A stretch of DNA of 64,000 bases from the NCBI GenBank assembly GCA_902592285.1, contig CACJED010000001.1:3379-67378 (forward strand). Reading direction: 5' to 3'. The stretch is from an uncultured Pelagibacteraceae bacterium. Lineage in GTDB: Bacteria > Pseudomonadota > Alphaproteobacteria > Pelagibacterales > Pelagibacteraceae. The translations under genes and the position numbers were made by a program. How positions within the stretch are numbered: position 1 is the first letter of the stretch; the number at the start of each line of letters is the position of its first letter. The notes below the pieces were generated by a model. The model did no database searches. It was not told where the DNA came from and was given only the letters and a program-made list of their open reading frames with translations. Below are positions 20,241 through 30,945 of the stretch, piece after piece.

Positions 20241-20959
20241 TAAATCTTAATGTTTAAATTTAAAATTTTTTGCCTAATTTTTTTTAAATCTTCCCACGAA
20301 AATTTTTTATTTTCTGGAAACCTAATTAAATAGGAGGGGCTAAAAGTTATCATTAGTGGGTAAGTTTTGTTTTTTAATATAATTTCACTCCATTTTCCTC
20401 TTTCATTGGAAATTCTTTTATTAGAGGAGGTGACTGACTCCATCGCAGTACTTCCGAAAAGAATAACAATTTCTGGGTCAATTATTGAAATATGCTCTTT
20501 TAAAAATACAGAATATCTCTTTATCTCGTGAGTGGTCGGTTTTCTATCTTCTGGTGGTCTAAAATTAATTGCGTAACTAAAGTAGGCATTTTCTCTTTTT
20601 ATCTTAATTGCAAGAAGCATTTTTTCCAATAACTTTCCAGATTCTCCTTGGAAAGTTTTACCAGATTTTTCTTCATGAACCCCGGGAGCTTCACCAATTA
20701 TCATGATAGGACTGTTTATATTTCCATCACCTAAAATTAAATTTTGTGAGTTTTTTCTAAGATTACAATTTTGGATTGAATTTATGGATCTTTTTAATAC
20801 ATTTATTCGATCAATTTTGCTTAATTTATTATTATTGTAAAAGTTTTGTAAGTTTTTAAATCTATTTATAGGTTTTTTACTAAAAATGAAATTTAGCTCT
20901 ATTGAATTCAATAATTCTTGCTTGTAAAAATTAAACTGATTAGAAGATTTTTTGGTCAT
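20240..20959 (-). CDS. uracil-DNA glycosylase superfamily, family-4-like, degenerate metal ligands
   Basis: IGEAPG motif A, F.G.SG.LL, RPP..R.P; motif B reads TFSPSY rather than TYHPAY. Confidence 0.85.
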   Translation of the reverse strand: MTKKSSNQFNFYKQELLNSIELNFIFSKKPINRFKNLQNFYNNNKLSKIDRINVLKRSINSIQNCNLRKNSQNLILGDGNINSPIMIIGEAPGVHEEKSGKTFQGESGKLLEKMLLAIKIKRENAYFSYAINFRPPEDRKPTTHEIKRYSVFLKEHISIIDPEIVILFGSTAMESVTSSNKRISNERGKWSEIILKNKTYPLMITFSPSYLIRFPENKKFSWEDLKKIRQKILNLNIKI

Positions 20960-20973
20960 AATTATTTAATTTT

Positions 20974-22659
20974 ATGTTTAAAAAAAAAATTACAATTATT
21001 TTAATTTCATTATTACTTTATCAGAGCCAAGTATTATCTAAAAGCACTAGTTTTGATGATTTTAATTCAAAGAATTTATCTAAATATTTTTCTGGGATTG
21101 TGGCTTTTGAAAATAAAGATAATTCTCAAGCATTAGATTTTTTTAATTCTTCTAAAATATTGGTTGATAAACATGAACCGTATTTAAAGAGGTTTGTAAC
21201 ATCTTTAGTTTTAGAGGATAAAATTGCACAAGCTATAAATTTTACCAAAACAAATAGTGGAAAAAAAAATTCAGAATTTTTCGAGGCTTATATTTTGTTA
21301 GCTCTGGATAGTTTCAAAAAAAATAATTTAATTAAGGCTAGACAAATTTTAAATAAACTTCCGGAAAAATTTAAGGAAGATAAATTTAATTTTATTATTG
21401 TTAACTCACTTGCTGAGTACGCTGATGTTTTTATAAATAAAAAAATTAAAAAGGAAAAATTGAATTATGGTAATTTATCTCAAATTTCTGAAACTTTTCA
21501 AAGATGTTATTTAGATGATGAAAATACTGACACCTTTTTTTCAAGACTGATTAATAATAGCCAAGCAGATTACTCAAGATATATTTTCTTTTACTTAACT
21601 TATTTGATTGAAAAAAATAGAATAGAGGATGCAAAATTTATTACAGATAACATAAATTACATTAATTCAACTTTATTATTGTCTCAGGGAAAAAGCTGGA
21701 TGGAGAAAAATCAAATCAAAGAATTTAATAAGGTTTTTTCGTGCAAAAATCATAATGATATTTTAGGAGAGTATTTATTTTTGATTTCTAATTTATTTTC
21801 ATCCCAAAATGAATTAGAAAAATCAAACTTCTATCTTAGTTTATCAAATTATTTAAATCCCAAGTTTGTATTTAATTTATCTTTAGTTGCAGAGAATTTA
21901 TATTTTATAAAGAATTATGAAAAATCTAAAAATGTTCTAAAAAATTTTGATAAAAATCAAGATTTTTATTATTGGTTCAGATCAAAAAAGGAAGCTCAAA
22001 TAATCACAAAAACTATAGGTAAAAAGGAAGCTTTGAATTATATAACTTCAAAATTTGAAAAAATTGATAAACCTAATAACAAATTCATTTTCGATATTGC
22101 AAACTTTTACAAAAATTCAAATGAATATGAACAAGCAATAAAATATTATTCATTAATTATTGATAAATTAGATAATACAAGTGAAGTAAAAGCTGATTTG
22201 TTATATCGAAGAGGTGGGAGTTATGAAAGGATGAAGAATTATGCTAAGGCTGATATGGATTTAAGTGAGTCTTTATCAATTAATCCTAATGATGCCTATG
22301 TGTTGAATTATTTAGCATATTCGTGGTTAGAGAGAGATTATAAAATCAATGAAGCAATTGAAATGTTAGAGAAAGCTTATGAGCAAAAAAATAACGATCC
22401 TTACATAATAGATTCTATCGGATGGGCTTATTACTTAATTGATGATTATACTAAAGCAGAAAGACTTTTAAAAAGAGCAGTTCAAATGATGCCAGATGAC
22501 CCTATTGTTAATGATCATTATGGAGATATTTTGTGGAAGTTGGATAGAAAAATACAAGCAAGATATTTTTGGTCAATGGTTTTAGAGATGCAAGATGTAG
22601 AAGAGGAACTTTTAGATCAAATTAAAACAAAATTAGTTAATGGACTACAAAACTCTTAA
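20974..22659 (+). CDS. exported tetratricopeptide repeat protein
   Basis: signal peptide; LNYLAYSW, IIDSIGWAYY, DHYGDILW TPRs of the conserved TPR gene found before ispE. Confidence 0.88.
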   Translation: MFKKKITIILISLLLYQSQVLSKSTSFDDFNSKNLSKYFSGIVAFENKDNSQALDFFNSSKILVDKHEPYLKRFVTSLVLEDKIAQAINFTKTNSGKKNSEFFEAYILLALDSFKKNNLIKARQILNKLPEKFKEDKFNFIIVNSLAEYADVFINKKIKKEKLNYGNLSQISETFQRCYLDDENTDTFFSRLINNSQADYSRYIFFYLTYLIEKNRIEDAKFITDNINYINSTLLLSQGKSWMEKNQIKEFNKVFSCKNHNDILGEYLFLISNLFSSQNELEKSNFYLSLSNYLNPKFVFNLSLVAENLYFIKNYEKSKNVLKNFDKNQDFYYWFRSKKEAQIITKTIGKKEALNYITSKFEKIDKPNNKFIFDIANFYKNSNEYEQAIKYYSLIIDKLDNTSEVKADLLYRRGGSYERMKNYAKADMDLSESLSINPNDAYVLNYLAYSWLERDYKINEAIEMLEKAYEQKNNDPYIIDSIGWAYYLIDDYTKAERLLKRAVQMMPDDPIVNDHYGDILWKLDRKIQARYFWSMVLEMQDVEEELLDQIKTKLVNGLQNS

Positions 22660-23501
22660 TGAGTTATTTTAAGATTAGATCTCATGCAAAGATTAATTTA
22701 GCTTTAAATGTAGTAGGTAAATTAAAATCACTACATAAAATTGAAAGTATAGTCAGTTTTTTAAATTTACATGATATAATTAAGATTAGAAAAATTATTA
22801 GTAAAAATCATAATATAAGATTTATAGGACAATTTTCTAATAAAATTAAAACTAAGAATACAATCTCTGAATTACTCAAAAATATTGATAAAAAAAGATT
22901 ATTAAAAAATAAATTTGAAATTATTATAAAAAAAAATATTCCCTCAGAAGCTGGTCTTGGAGGTGGATCAATGAATGCTGCGAGTGTCTTAAATTATTTT
23001 ATTAAGAAAAAATTGATAAAAATAAAAAAGAAACAAATCGAACAACTATCTTATTCTGTAGGATCCGATGTTATTTTGGGTCTTTACTCAAAAAATTTAG
23101 TTTTAAAAAAAAATAATTTAATCAAAACAATGCCATCAAAAAATAGATTTCACACTTTGATAGTTAAACCTAATTTTGGATGTTCTACAAAAAAAATTTT
23201 TTCAAAATTAAAAGAATTCTCTCGATCTGAATTTCATTTGGTTTCTGATAAAATGTTAAGTACCAAATTTTTAAAAAAAAGGAAAAATGACTTAGAAAAA
23301 ATAGTATTTAATGAATATCCAAGACTAAAGAATTTAAAGAATTTTTTAGAAAATCTTTCTAATATTGAATTTGTGAGAATGACAGGATCCGGTTCTGCAA
23401 TAATTGCTTATTTTAGTTCATTTAAAAAGTGCAAAGAAGCTGAAAAAAAAGTGAAAAAAAAATTTAGAAATTATTGGTGCAAAACATCAAAAACTATATA
23501 A
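22659..23501 (+). CDS. ispE: 4-diphosphocytidyl-2-C-methyl-D-erythritol kinase
   Basis: AKINLAL, KNIP.EAGLGGGS, GSDV, NDLE, MTGSGS. Confidence 0.95.
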   Translation: MSYFKIRSHAKINLALNVVGKLKSLHKIESIVSFLNLHDIIKIRKIISKNHNIRFIGQFSNKIKTKNTISELLKNIDKKRLLKNKFEIIIKKNIPSEAGLGGGSMNAASVLNYFIKKKLIKIKKKQIEQLSYSVGSDVILGLYSKNLVLKKNNLIKTMPSKNRFHTLIVKPNFGCSTKKIFSKLKEFSRSEFHLVSDKMLSTKFLKKRKNDLEKIVFNEYPRLKNLKNFLENLSNIEFVRMTGSGSAIIAYFSSFKKCKEAEKKVKKKFRNYWCKTSKTI

Positions 23502-23533
23502 TTTTTTTTTTTTGTGTTATACGAAGATATTAT

Positions 23534-23607
23534 TGGGGCGTAGCCAAGCGGTAAGGCACGGGTTTTTGGTACCTGCATCCTAGGTTCGAATCCTAGCGCC
23601 CCAGCCA
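23534..23607 (+). tRNA. tRNA-Gln(UUG)
   Basis: cloverleaf: TGGGGCG/CGCCCCA acceptor stem, anticodon loop TTTTGGT, TTCGAAT T-loop, encoded CCA. Confidence 0.96.
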
Positions 23608-23610
23608 AAT

Positions 23611-24885
23611 ATGATTAACTTTTTAAACAAATTTATTAAAAAGACCAACAACTTAAATAATATTTCAGAAAAAATAGTTGATATAGCAAACAACACTCCA
23701 GTAAAGAAAATTTTTAATTCAATAAATAATTTTTCTGAAATGGCTGAAATTCGATATGTCGGTGGATGTATAAGAAAAATAATTAAAAAAGAAGAGGTTG
23801 ATGATATTGATTTAGCTACAAATTTAAATCCACAAGAAGTTTGTATTGCCCTTAAAAAAAACAATATAGATTTTTATGAAACAGGAATTGAACATGGCAC
23901 AATCACAGCTGTTTTAGATGATTACAGTTTTGAAATAACAAGTTTAAGAGAGGATATATTAACAGATGGTAGACATGCCCAAGTAAAATTTTCTACAGAT
24001 TGGAAAAAAGATGCTTCTAGAAGAGATTTCACAATCAATTCAATTTATTCAGATATTGATGGAAACTTATTTGATCCTTTCAATGGAAAAGAGGACCTAG
24101 ATAACGGCATCATAAGATTTATTGGCGATCCAGAAAAAAGAATTAAAGAAGATTATTTAAGAATTCTTCGTTATCTAAGATTCCATTTAAGTTACTCAAA
24201 TTATGGGCATGAACATGAAACATTAAAACTGATTAAAAGAAATATAAATGGCATTTCGAAATTATCTAATGAAAGGTTATTGGGTGAGTTAAAAAAATAT
24301 TTCAAATCTGAAATATTATTCAAATTATCTAAGGATAAATTCACATTGGAATTATTTGAAATAATTTTTCCTCAACTTAAGAATATTAAAATTTTTTCAA
24401 ATCCAAATAAATTTGCAAAAATAAAAATTGAAGAGCAAGACTTTTTATTTTTATTATCTATCATGATTATAGATGGCACTGACAATGCTGATTTTTTCTT
24501 ATATAAATACAATATATCTAAAAAAGATCAAAAAAGATTAAAGACAATAGATGAATTTTTTAAAGGTAAGATTTCATCAAAATCTTTTTCTGAAAAAAAT
24601 TTAAATAAAATATTTTATTATAAAGGTAAACAATCTTTAATAGATATTTTAAGTTTCAAAATTTTTACATCAAGAAAAATAGATACAAAACTTCTAAAAT
24701 TAATTGAAGAATTTAAAGTAAAAAATTTGCCATCTATGCCAGTAGAAGCTAAATTTTTAATGGAAAAGTATAATATTCCTGAAGGAAAAACTCTTGGAAA
24801 CAAGCTTAGAGATATTGAGGAAGAATGGGTAAATAATGATTTTAATTTATCTGATAAACAGATTGATAAAATCATCAATCATTAA
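23611..24885 (+). CDS. cca: CCA tRNA nucleotidyltransferase (class II)
   Basis: VGGCIR, DIDLAT, HGT, DASRRDFTINS, EDYLRILR. Confidence 0.92.
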   Translation: MINFLNKFIKKTNNLNNISEKIVDIANNTPVKKIFNSINNFSEMAEIRYVGGCIRKIIKKEEVDDIDLATNLNPQEVCIALKKNNIDFYETGIEHGTITAVLDDYSFEITSLREDILTDGRHAQVKFSTDWKKDASRRDFTINSIYSDIDGNLFDPFNGKEDLDNGIIRFIGDPEKRIKEDYLRILRYLRFHLSYSNYGHEHETLKLIKRNINGISKLSNERLLGELKKYFKSEILFKLSKDKFTLELFEIIFPQLKNIKIFSNPNKFAKIKIEEQDFLFLLSIMIIDGTDNADFFLYKYNISKKDQKRLKTIDEFFKGKISSKSFSEKNLNKIFYYKGKQSLIDILSFKIFTSRKIDTKLLKLIEEFKVKNLPSMPVEAKFLMEKYNIPEGKTLGNKLRDIEEEWVNNDFNLSDKQIDKIINH

Positions 24886-25358
24886 ATATATTTTACATCT
24901 GTGATTTCAAAATTTTTTGTACCTGCTGGAGTATCAATTTCAACAAGATCTTTTTTATTTTTTCCTATTAGCCCTTTTCCAATTGGTGATTGGAAATAAA
25001 TGAGTTTTTGTTTTAAATCAGCTTCATCTTTACCAACAATTTTATAATTAATTTTTTCTCCTGTATCTAAATTTTCTAAAAAAACAGTACAACCAAAAAT
25101 TACTTTTCCATCATTATTTATTTTTGTGACATCAATTACGTTAGCTCTTGCAATAATATTGTTTATTTCTGTAATCCGTCCTTCATTGTGTGATTGCTCT
25201 TCTTTTGCAGCATGGTATTCTGCATTTTCTTTTAGATCTCCATGAGATCTTGCTTCAGCGATAGCTGCAACTATCTTAGGTCTTTTTTTTTCTTTTAAAA
25301 AAACTAATTCTTTTTTTAGCTTTTCTAATCCGATCAGAGTAATTGGTTCTTTTTCCAT
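24882..25358 (-). CDS. greA: transcription elongation factor GreA
   Basis: HGDLKENAEYHAAKE, SPIGKGL. Confidence 0.97.
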   Translation of the reverse strand: MEKEPITLIGLEKLKKELVFLKEKKRPKIVAAIAEARSHGDLKENAEYHAAKEEQSHNEGRITEINNIIARANVIDVTKINNDGKVIFGCTVFLENLDTGEKINYKIVGKDEADLKQKLIYFQSPIGKGLIGKNKKDLVEIDTPAGTKNFEITDVKYI

Positions 25359-25359
25359 T

Positions 25360-26187
25360 TTATTTCCATTTAGCTAAAGGAGGAAGTGACATTAAAATTC
25401 CTTCAACATTTCCACCAGTTTGTAGTCCAAATTTTGTTCCTCTATCATGCAATAAATTAAATTCAATATATTTACCTCTTTTTAAGTATTGAGTTTCTTT
25501 ATCATGTATAGACCACTTTTTTTTAAATTTATTTCTTATAATTTTATTAAATAAAATTTGAAATGTAACACCCACATCTCTGACAAATGTAAAATCTTTT
25601 TCAAAATTATCATTTTTATAATCAAAAAATATTCCCCCTATACCTCTAGCTTCTTTTCGATGATGTAAATAAAAATATCTATCACACCATTTCTTATATT
25701 TTTTGTAATAATTTTTATTATGTCTATCACACATTTTTTTTAAAATTTTATGAAAATCTTTTTTTTCTAAATCATCTTTCTTTGATGGTGTCACATCCAT
25801 ACCACCACCAAACCATTGTTTAGTAGTACATATATATCTGGTATTAAAATGCATTGCCGGAATCAACGGATTTTTCATATGCATAACAACCGATATACCT
25901 GATGCCCAAAATCGTGGATCACTTTTTGCACCTAAGATATTTTCTTGAAATTTTTTAGGAAATTTTCCATAAACTTTTGAAAAATTTACACCTACCTTAT
26001 CAAATATTTTTCCATTCTTTAAAATCCTATACTCACCTCCACCTTCGTCTTTACTTTGATTTCTTTTCCATTCAGTTGTCTCAAACTTTGTTTTACTTTT
26101 TTCTAAATTCAGGATATCCGCGCAAATTGCATCTTGTAATAATCTAAACCAATTACTTGTTAAATTTTTTTTTATTTCTAGGTCCAT
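25360..26187 (-). CDS. hemF: oxygen-dependent coproporphyrinogen III oxidase
   Basis: HMKNPLIPAMHFNTRY, WFGGGMD.TP, RGIGGIFFD, EFNL..DRGTKFGL, SLPP. Confidence 0.95.
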   Translation of the reverse strand: MDLEIKKNLTSNWFRLLQDAICADILNLEKSKTKFETTEWKRNQSKDEGGGEYRILKNGKIFDKVGVNFSKVYGKFPKKFQENILGAKSDPRFWASGISVVMHMKNPLIPAMHFNTRYICTTKQWFGGGMDVTPSKKDDLEKKDFHKILKKMCDRHNKNYYKKYKKWCDRYFYLHHRKEARGIGGIFFDYKNDNFEKDFTFVRDVGVTFQILFNKIIRNKFKKKWSIHDKETQYLKRGKYIEFNLLHDRGTKFGLQTGGNVEGILMSLPPLAKWK

Positions 26188-26651
26188 TTTGTTTGTTTTA
26201 AACATTCTGCTAAAATAATTGCAACAGATGATGCTAAATTTAAAGATCGTTTGTTATTTTTCATAGGTATCTTTAGTTTATTCTTTACAATTTTATGTAT
26301 TTTTTCTGGAACACCAGCACTTTCACGCCCAAATAAAATTGTATCATTTTTTTGAAATTTGAATTTAGAATATGATACTGAAGCTTTAGTCGTCATCAAT
26401 ATAATCCTTTCATTCTGTTTTTCATTAAAAAACATTTGAGCACTTTGATAAAAATTTATATCTTTTTCATCCATGTAATCCATTACAACTCTTTTAAATC
26501 TTTTATCAGAAATTAAGAATCCACAAGGCTCAATAATTTCAAGTTTTGCCCCAAGACATGAACATGTTCTGATTATTGCAGCCGTATTTTGCGGTATATC
26601 AGGTTCAAATAGTGCAATTTTTGGCCTTTGATTTGATGAATTCTGTGTCAT
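26178..26651 (-). CDS. trmL: tRNA (cytidine/uridine-34-2'-O)-methyltransferase, SPOUT
   Basis: EPDIPQNT, FGRESAG, IPM...RSLNL. Confidence 0.92.
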   Translation of the reverse strand: MTQNSSNQRPKIALFEPDIPQNTAAIIRTCSCLGAKLEIIEPCGFLISDKRFKRVVMDYMDEKDINFYQSAQMFFNEKQNERIILMTTKASVSYSKFKFQKNDTILFGRESAGVPEKIHKIVKNKLKIPMKNNKRSLNLASSVAIILAECLKQTKWT

Positions 26652-26744
26652 TCTTTCAGTAGTAAATTTGATATTTTATATTATATGAAACCATATATTT
26701 AAGTAGAAAAATTCTATATTGAGTATATTTAACTAAATTAACAA

Positions 26745-27254
26745 ATGTCTGAAAAAAAAACCAATAGAAGAGATTTTTTATTTACAGCAACTTACGCAGT
26801 TGGAGCAGTAGGTGTAGGTGCTACCGTATGGCCTATGATAGATCAAATGAATCCTGATGCATCAGTGAAAGCTTTAGCTAGCACAGAGGTCGATATTAGC
26901 ACTGTTAATCCTGGTAAAACTATAACTGTTTTATGGAGAGGCAAACCAGTTTTTATTAGAAGAAGAACATCTGAAGAAATAGCAGATGCAAAATCAGTTA
27001 AGCTTGAAGATTTAAAACATCCTGAGAAAGATGAGGATCGCGCTAAAAATCCTGAATGGTTAGTGATGTTAGGTGTTTGTACTCATTTAGGCTGTGTGCC
27101 TTTAGATCAAAAAGGTGACTACAATGGATGGTTTTGTCCGTGCCATGGATCACATTATGATACATCGGGAAGAATCAGAAAAGGTCCGGCACCAACAAAC
27201 ATGGAAATCCCAAAATATGAATTTGTCGACACTAATACAATTAAAATCGGATAA
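26745..27254 (+). CDS. petA: ubiquinol-cytochrome c reductase Rieske subunit
   Basis: Tat RRDFL, CTHLGC and CPCHGS boxes. Confidence 0.98.
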   Translation: MSEKKTNRRDFLFTATYAVGAVGVGATVWPMIDQMNPDASVKALASTEVDISTVNPGKTITVLWRGKPVFIRRRTSEEIADAKSVKLEDLKHPEKDEDRAKNPEWLVMLGVCTHLGCVPLDQKGDYNGWFCPCHGSHYDTSGRIRKGPAPTNMEIPKYEFVDTNTIKIG

Positions 27255-27259
27255 AAATC

Positions 27260-28522
27260 ATGAGTGAACACGAATACACACCAAAATCAAAAGCAGGGAA
27301 GTGGTTTAATGATAGATTACCTCTTCTCTCTCTTGCAAATCATTTAACAGATTATCCTACTCCAAAAAATTTAAATTATTGGTGGACTTTTGGTGGAATA
27401 TTAACTTTTTGTTTAATTACACAAATTGTTACAGGCCTGACTTTAGCTATGCATTATATAGCTCATGCTGATATGGCATTCGATAGTGTAGAGCATATTA
27501 TGAGAGATGTTAATTACGGTTGGCTAATTAGATACATTCATGCAAATGGTGCCTCAATGTTTTTTTTAGCAGTCTATATTCATATCTTTAGATCTCTATT
27601 CTATGGATCTTATAAATCCCCAAGGGAGATTATATGGATTATAGGAATTATTATTTATTTATTAATGATGGCAGCAGCATTCATGGGTTATGTATTGCCT
27701 TGGGGTCAGATGAGTTTTTGGGGGGCAACTGTAATCACGAATCTTTTTAGTGCGATTCCCTTAGTTGGAGAAGGAATAGTAACTTGGTTGTGGGGAGGTT
27801 ATTCAGTTGATAATCCTACACTGACTAGATTCTTTACTTTGCATTATTTAATTCCTTTTTTAATTTTAGGACTAGTTGTTTTACATATTTGGGCCTTACA
27901 CGTTCCAGGCAATAATAATCCAATAGGAATTGATATAAAAAAACCATCTAAAGATACAGTACCTTTTCATCCTTATATTGTGATTAAAGACGGGTTTGCT
28001 TTACTGATGTTTATAATTGTTTTTGCATTTTTTGTTTTCTATACACCTAATATTTTGGGACACGCAGATAATTACATCGAAGCTGATCCTTTAGTCACAC
28101 CTGCTCATATTGTTCCTGAATGGTATCTATTACCTTTTTATGCAATTTTGAGATCTGTACCTGACAAACTCTTAGGAGTAGTGGCAATGTTGTCAGCTAT
28201 TTTAATTTTAGCTGCATTACCGTGGTTAGATACTTCAAAAATTAGATCTGCAGTTTTTAGACCACTTTATAAGCAATTTTATTGGATATTAGTAGCTGAC
28301 GTGCTAATACTTGGTTATGTTGGCGCAATGCCAGCAGAGGGTTTGTATTTACTTATCGCAAGAGTAGCTACAGCTTATTATTTTTTACATTTTTTAGTAA
28401 TATTACCTGTTTTAGGATTTAAGGAAAAAACCTTACCAGTTCCTATGAGCATTACAGAACCAGTTCTTGGAGGTTCAGTTAACATGGCAGCAGCAAGAAG
28501 CAAAGAAAGTTCAAGAAACTAA
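27260..28522 (+). CDS. petB: cytochrome b
   Basis: [23 protein letters not shown] motif. Confidence 0.98.
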   Translation: MSEHEYTPKSKAGKWFNDRLPLLSLANHLTDYPTPKNLNYWWTFGGILTFCLITQIVTGLTLAMHYIAHADMAFDSVEHIMRDVNYGWLIRYIHANGASMFFLAVYIHIFRSLFYGSYKSPREIIWIIGIIIYLLMMAAAFMGYVLPWGQMSFWGATVITNLFSAIPLVGEGIVTWLWGGYSVDNPTLTRFFTLHYLIPFLILGLVVLHIWALHVPGNNNPIGIDIKKPSKDTVPFHPYIVIKDGFALLMFIIVFAFFVFYTPNILGHADNYIEADPLVTPAHIVPEWYLLPFYAILRSVPDKLLGVVAMLSAILILAALPWLDTSKIRSAVFRPLYKQFYWILVADVLILGYVGAMPAEGLYLLIARVATAYYFLHFLVILPVLGFKEKTLPVPMSITEPVLGGSVNMAAARSKESSRN

Positions 28523-28523
28523 G

Positions 28524-29300
28524 GTGAGAAATTTATTTTGGATATCATTATTTTTTTTACTTACAACTAATTTTACTGTTCTTAAATCTGCTGAGAAAGA
28601 AGAATATTTAAAAACTAACTGGAGTTTTAAGGGTATATTTGGCAAATTTGATAGAGGTGCTTTGCAAAGAGGTTATCAAGTTTACACTGAAGTTTGCGCT
28701 TCGTGTCATTCAATGAAATATTTGAGTTATCGAAATCTAGCTGAAAAAGGAGGTCCTGAATTTTCTGAAGCTGAGGCTAAAGCAATAGCTGCATCTTTTG
28801 AAGTTACAGATGGACCAAATACAGATGGTGAAATGTTTACCAGACCTGGTAAACTTTCAGACAAGTTTGTAATGCCATACGAAAACGTCGAGGCTGCTAA
28901 AGCAGCTAATGGTGGAGCATATCCACCAGATATGTCTGTTTTAATCAAAGCAAGAAGTGGTGGAGCAGATTATATATACTCTTTATTACAAGGTTATGTA
29001 GAGCCACCTGAGGGCACATCATTAGATGAAGGTGTTTATTATAACAAATACATGTATGGTAAAAAAATTAAAATGGCCAGCCCTTTATCAGATGGTATCG
29101 TTGAGTACTCTGATGGCACTGAAACATCTATCGAACAAATGTCAAAAGATGTAACTACATTTCTGATGTGGGCAGCTGAACCTCATTTAGAAGCACGTCA
29201 TAAAATGGGATTTAAAGCAATAGTCTACTTAATTATTTTAACAATATTAGTATATTTTAGTATGAAAAAAATATGGTCACGTGTTGAAACGGAAGTTTAA
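28524..29300 (+). CDS. petC: cytochrome c1
   Basis: CASCH heme motif, PPDMS, C-terminal TM anchor; likely GTG start 28524. Confidence 0.96.
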   Translation: MRNLFWISLFFLLTTNFTVLKSAEKEEYLKTNWSFKGIFGKFDRGALQRGYQVYTEVCASCHSMKYLSYRNLAEKGGPEFSEAEAKAIAASFEVTDGPNTDGEMFTRPGKLSDKFVMPYENVEAAKAANGGAYPPDMSVLIKARSGGADYIYSLLQGYVEPPEGTSLDEGVYYNKYMYGKKIKMASPLSDGIVEYSDGTETSIEQMSKDVTTFLMWAAEPHLEARHKMGFKAIVYLIILTILVYFSMKKIWSRVETEV

Positions 29301-30350
29301 TATATCTCCATCCTTAACAATATAGTCTTTACCTTCAAGTCTCATTTTACCATTATTCTTAGAATTAACCCATCCTTCATTTTTAATAAAATCTTCATAA
29401 GATACAGTCTCTGCTCTTATAAAACCTTTTTCAAAATCTGTGTGAATTTCTCCAGCCGCCTTTGGGGCTGTACAATTTTTTTCAATAGTCCAAGCTCTAG
29501 TCTCTTCTGGTCCTGAAGTAAAATAAGTATCTAATTCCAAAATTTTATAACCTTTATGTATCAACATATTTAATCCTGTCTCTTTTAGACCAATCATTTC
29601 CATATAATTTTTGCGCTCATCTTTTTCTAACTCATTGATTTGATTTTCTATGTCAGCAGATACAATTAAAGTATTTTCTTCGCTATATTTATTAATGAAA
29701 TTTTTTGTATACTCATTTCCACCTTGAATACTTTTTTCATCAACATTACAAACAAAAATTTTTGGTTTTATAGATAGTAAACCAGTTTGATTGAGAATTT
29801 TTTTATTAAATTGTTCATTTAGTATTGATAGACTTTTATCACAGTTAATACATTCTTGAGCCATTTCTAAGATTTTAAGCTGTTCCTCATCTATATTTTT
29901 TTTATTACTTTTTTCTAGTCTTTTTTGAATTGACTCTAAATCAGCTAATAGCATTTCTGTTTCAATTATTTCTAAATCTCTAATCGGATCTACAGTGGGA
30001 TTAACATTTTGAATATCATTTGAGTCAAAGCATCTAATCATGTGTATTATAGCGTCCACTTCTCTTATATGAGATAAGAATTTGTTTCCTAACCCTTCTC
30101 CTTTTGATGCCCCTTTTACTAATCCAGCTATATCCACAAAAGATATAGTTGTATTAATTATTTTTTTTGATTTTGATACTTTTGCAAGATTATTCAATCT
30201 TTCATCTGGCACTGGTACTACACCAACATTTGGATCTATTGTGCAAAAAGGGAAATTTGCAGCTTGAGCTTTGCTAGAATTAGTAAGAGCATTAAAGAGA
30301 GTAGACTTACCTACATTTGGCAAACCTACTATTCCGCACTTAAAACTCAT
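29277..30350 (-). CDS. ychF: redox-regulated ATPase YchF
   Basis: GLPNVGKST, FPFCTIDPN, DIAGLV..AS.GEGLGN, TGS domain. Confidence 0.97.
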   Translation of the reverse strand: MSFKCGIVGLPNVGKSTLFNALTNSSKAQAANFPFCTIDPNVGVVPVPDERLNNLAKVSKSKKIINTTISFVDIAGLVKGASKGEGLGNKFLSHIREVDAIIHMIRCFDSNDIQNVNPTVDPIRDLEIIETEMLLADLESIQKRLEKSNKKNIDEEQLKILEMAQECINCDKSLSILNEQFNKKILNQTGLLSIKPKIFVCNVDEKSIQGGNEYTKNFINKYSEENTLIVSADIENQINELEKDERKNYMEMIGLKETGLNMLIHKGYKILELDTYFTSGPEETRAWTIEKNCTAPKAAGEIHTDFEKGFIRAETVSYEDFIKNEGWVNSKNNGKMRLEGKDYIVKDGDILNFRFNT

Positions 30351-30910
30351 TATTTATTATTTACTGTACTTGAAAATGAATCTAATTTTTTTTTAATAAG
30401 ATCTCCAATTGACTCAGTAATATTTTCAGAAATCTTATCAATACGCATAAGCTCATCTTCATCAAAATTTTGCAAAACATAATCACTTATTTCCATAGAG
30501 GTTTTTGGTTTTCCAATACCAACTCTAACTCTGGAGTAATCTTTACCAATAAATTTATCAATAGATGCAATTCCATTGTGACCTGCACTAGAACCACCAA
30601 ATTTAGCTTTTATTTTTCCAAATTCTACATCAAGATCGTCATGAAACACAATTACATCTTCAGCATTAAATTTGAAATATTCTAATAATTCTCTGATACA
30701 GATTCCTGAATTATTCATAAATGTTAATGGTTTGATCGCATAAATCTTCATGCCATCAATGTTGCCAGTCGTTAACAATCCTTTAAACTTGGGTTTTTGT
30801 TTTGATAAACTGAATTTTTTATTTATTGCATCAATAATTTTAAAACCAACATTATGTCGATTATTTTCACTGTCTGGTGTTGGATTTCCAAGACCTACGA
30901 ATAAAAGCAT
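30350..30910 (-). CDS. pth: peptidyl-tRNA hydrolase
   Basis: GLGNP, RHNVGF, FMNNSG, HDDLD, GHNG. Confidence 0.97.
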   Translation of the reverse strand: MLLFVGLGNPTPDSENNRHNVGFKIIDAINKKFSLSKQKPKFKGLLTTGNIDGMKIYAIKPLTFMNNSGICIRELLEYFKFNAEDVIVFHDDLDVEFGKIKAKFGGSSAGHNGIASIDKFIGKDYSRVRVGIGKPKTSMEISDYVLQNFDEDELMRIDKISENITESIGDLIKKKLDSFSSTVNNK

Positions 30911-30945
30911 AAATTTTTATTGGAGTTTATATTCAGGTTAATCTA

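Noticed and set aside
23580-23864. 94-aa minus-strand ORF overlapping tRNA-Gln and cca
   Set aside because: Antisense shadow of a tRNA and a conserved gene; no motif
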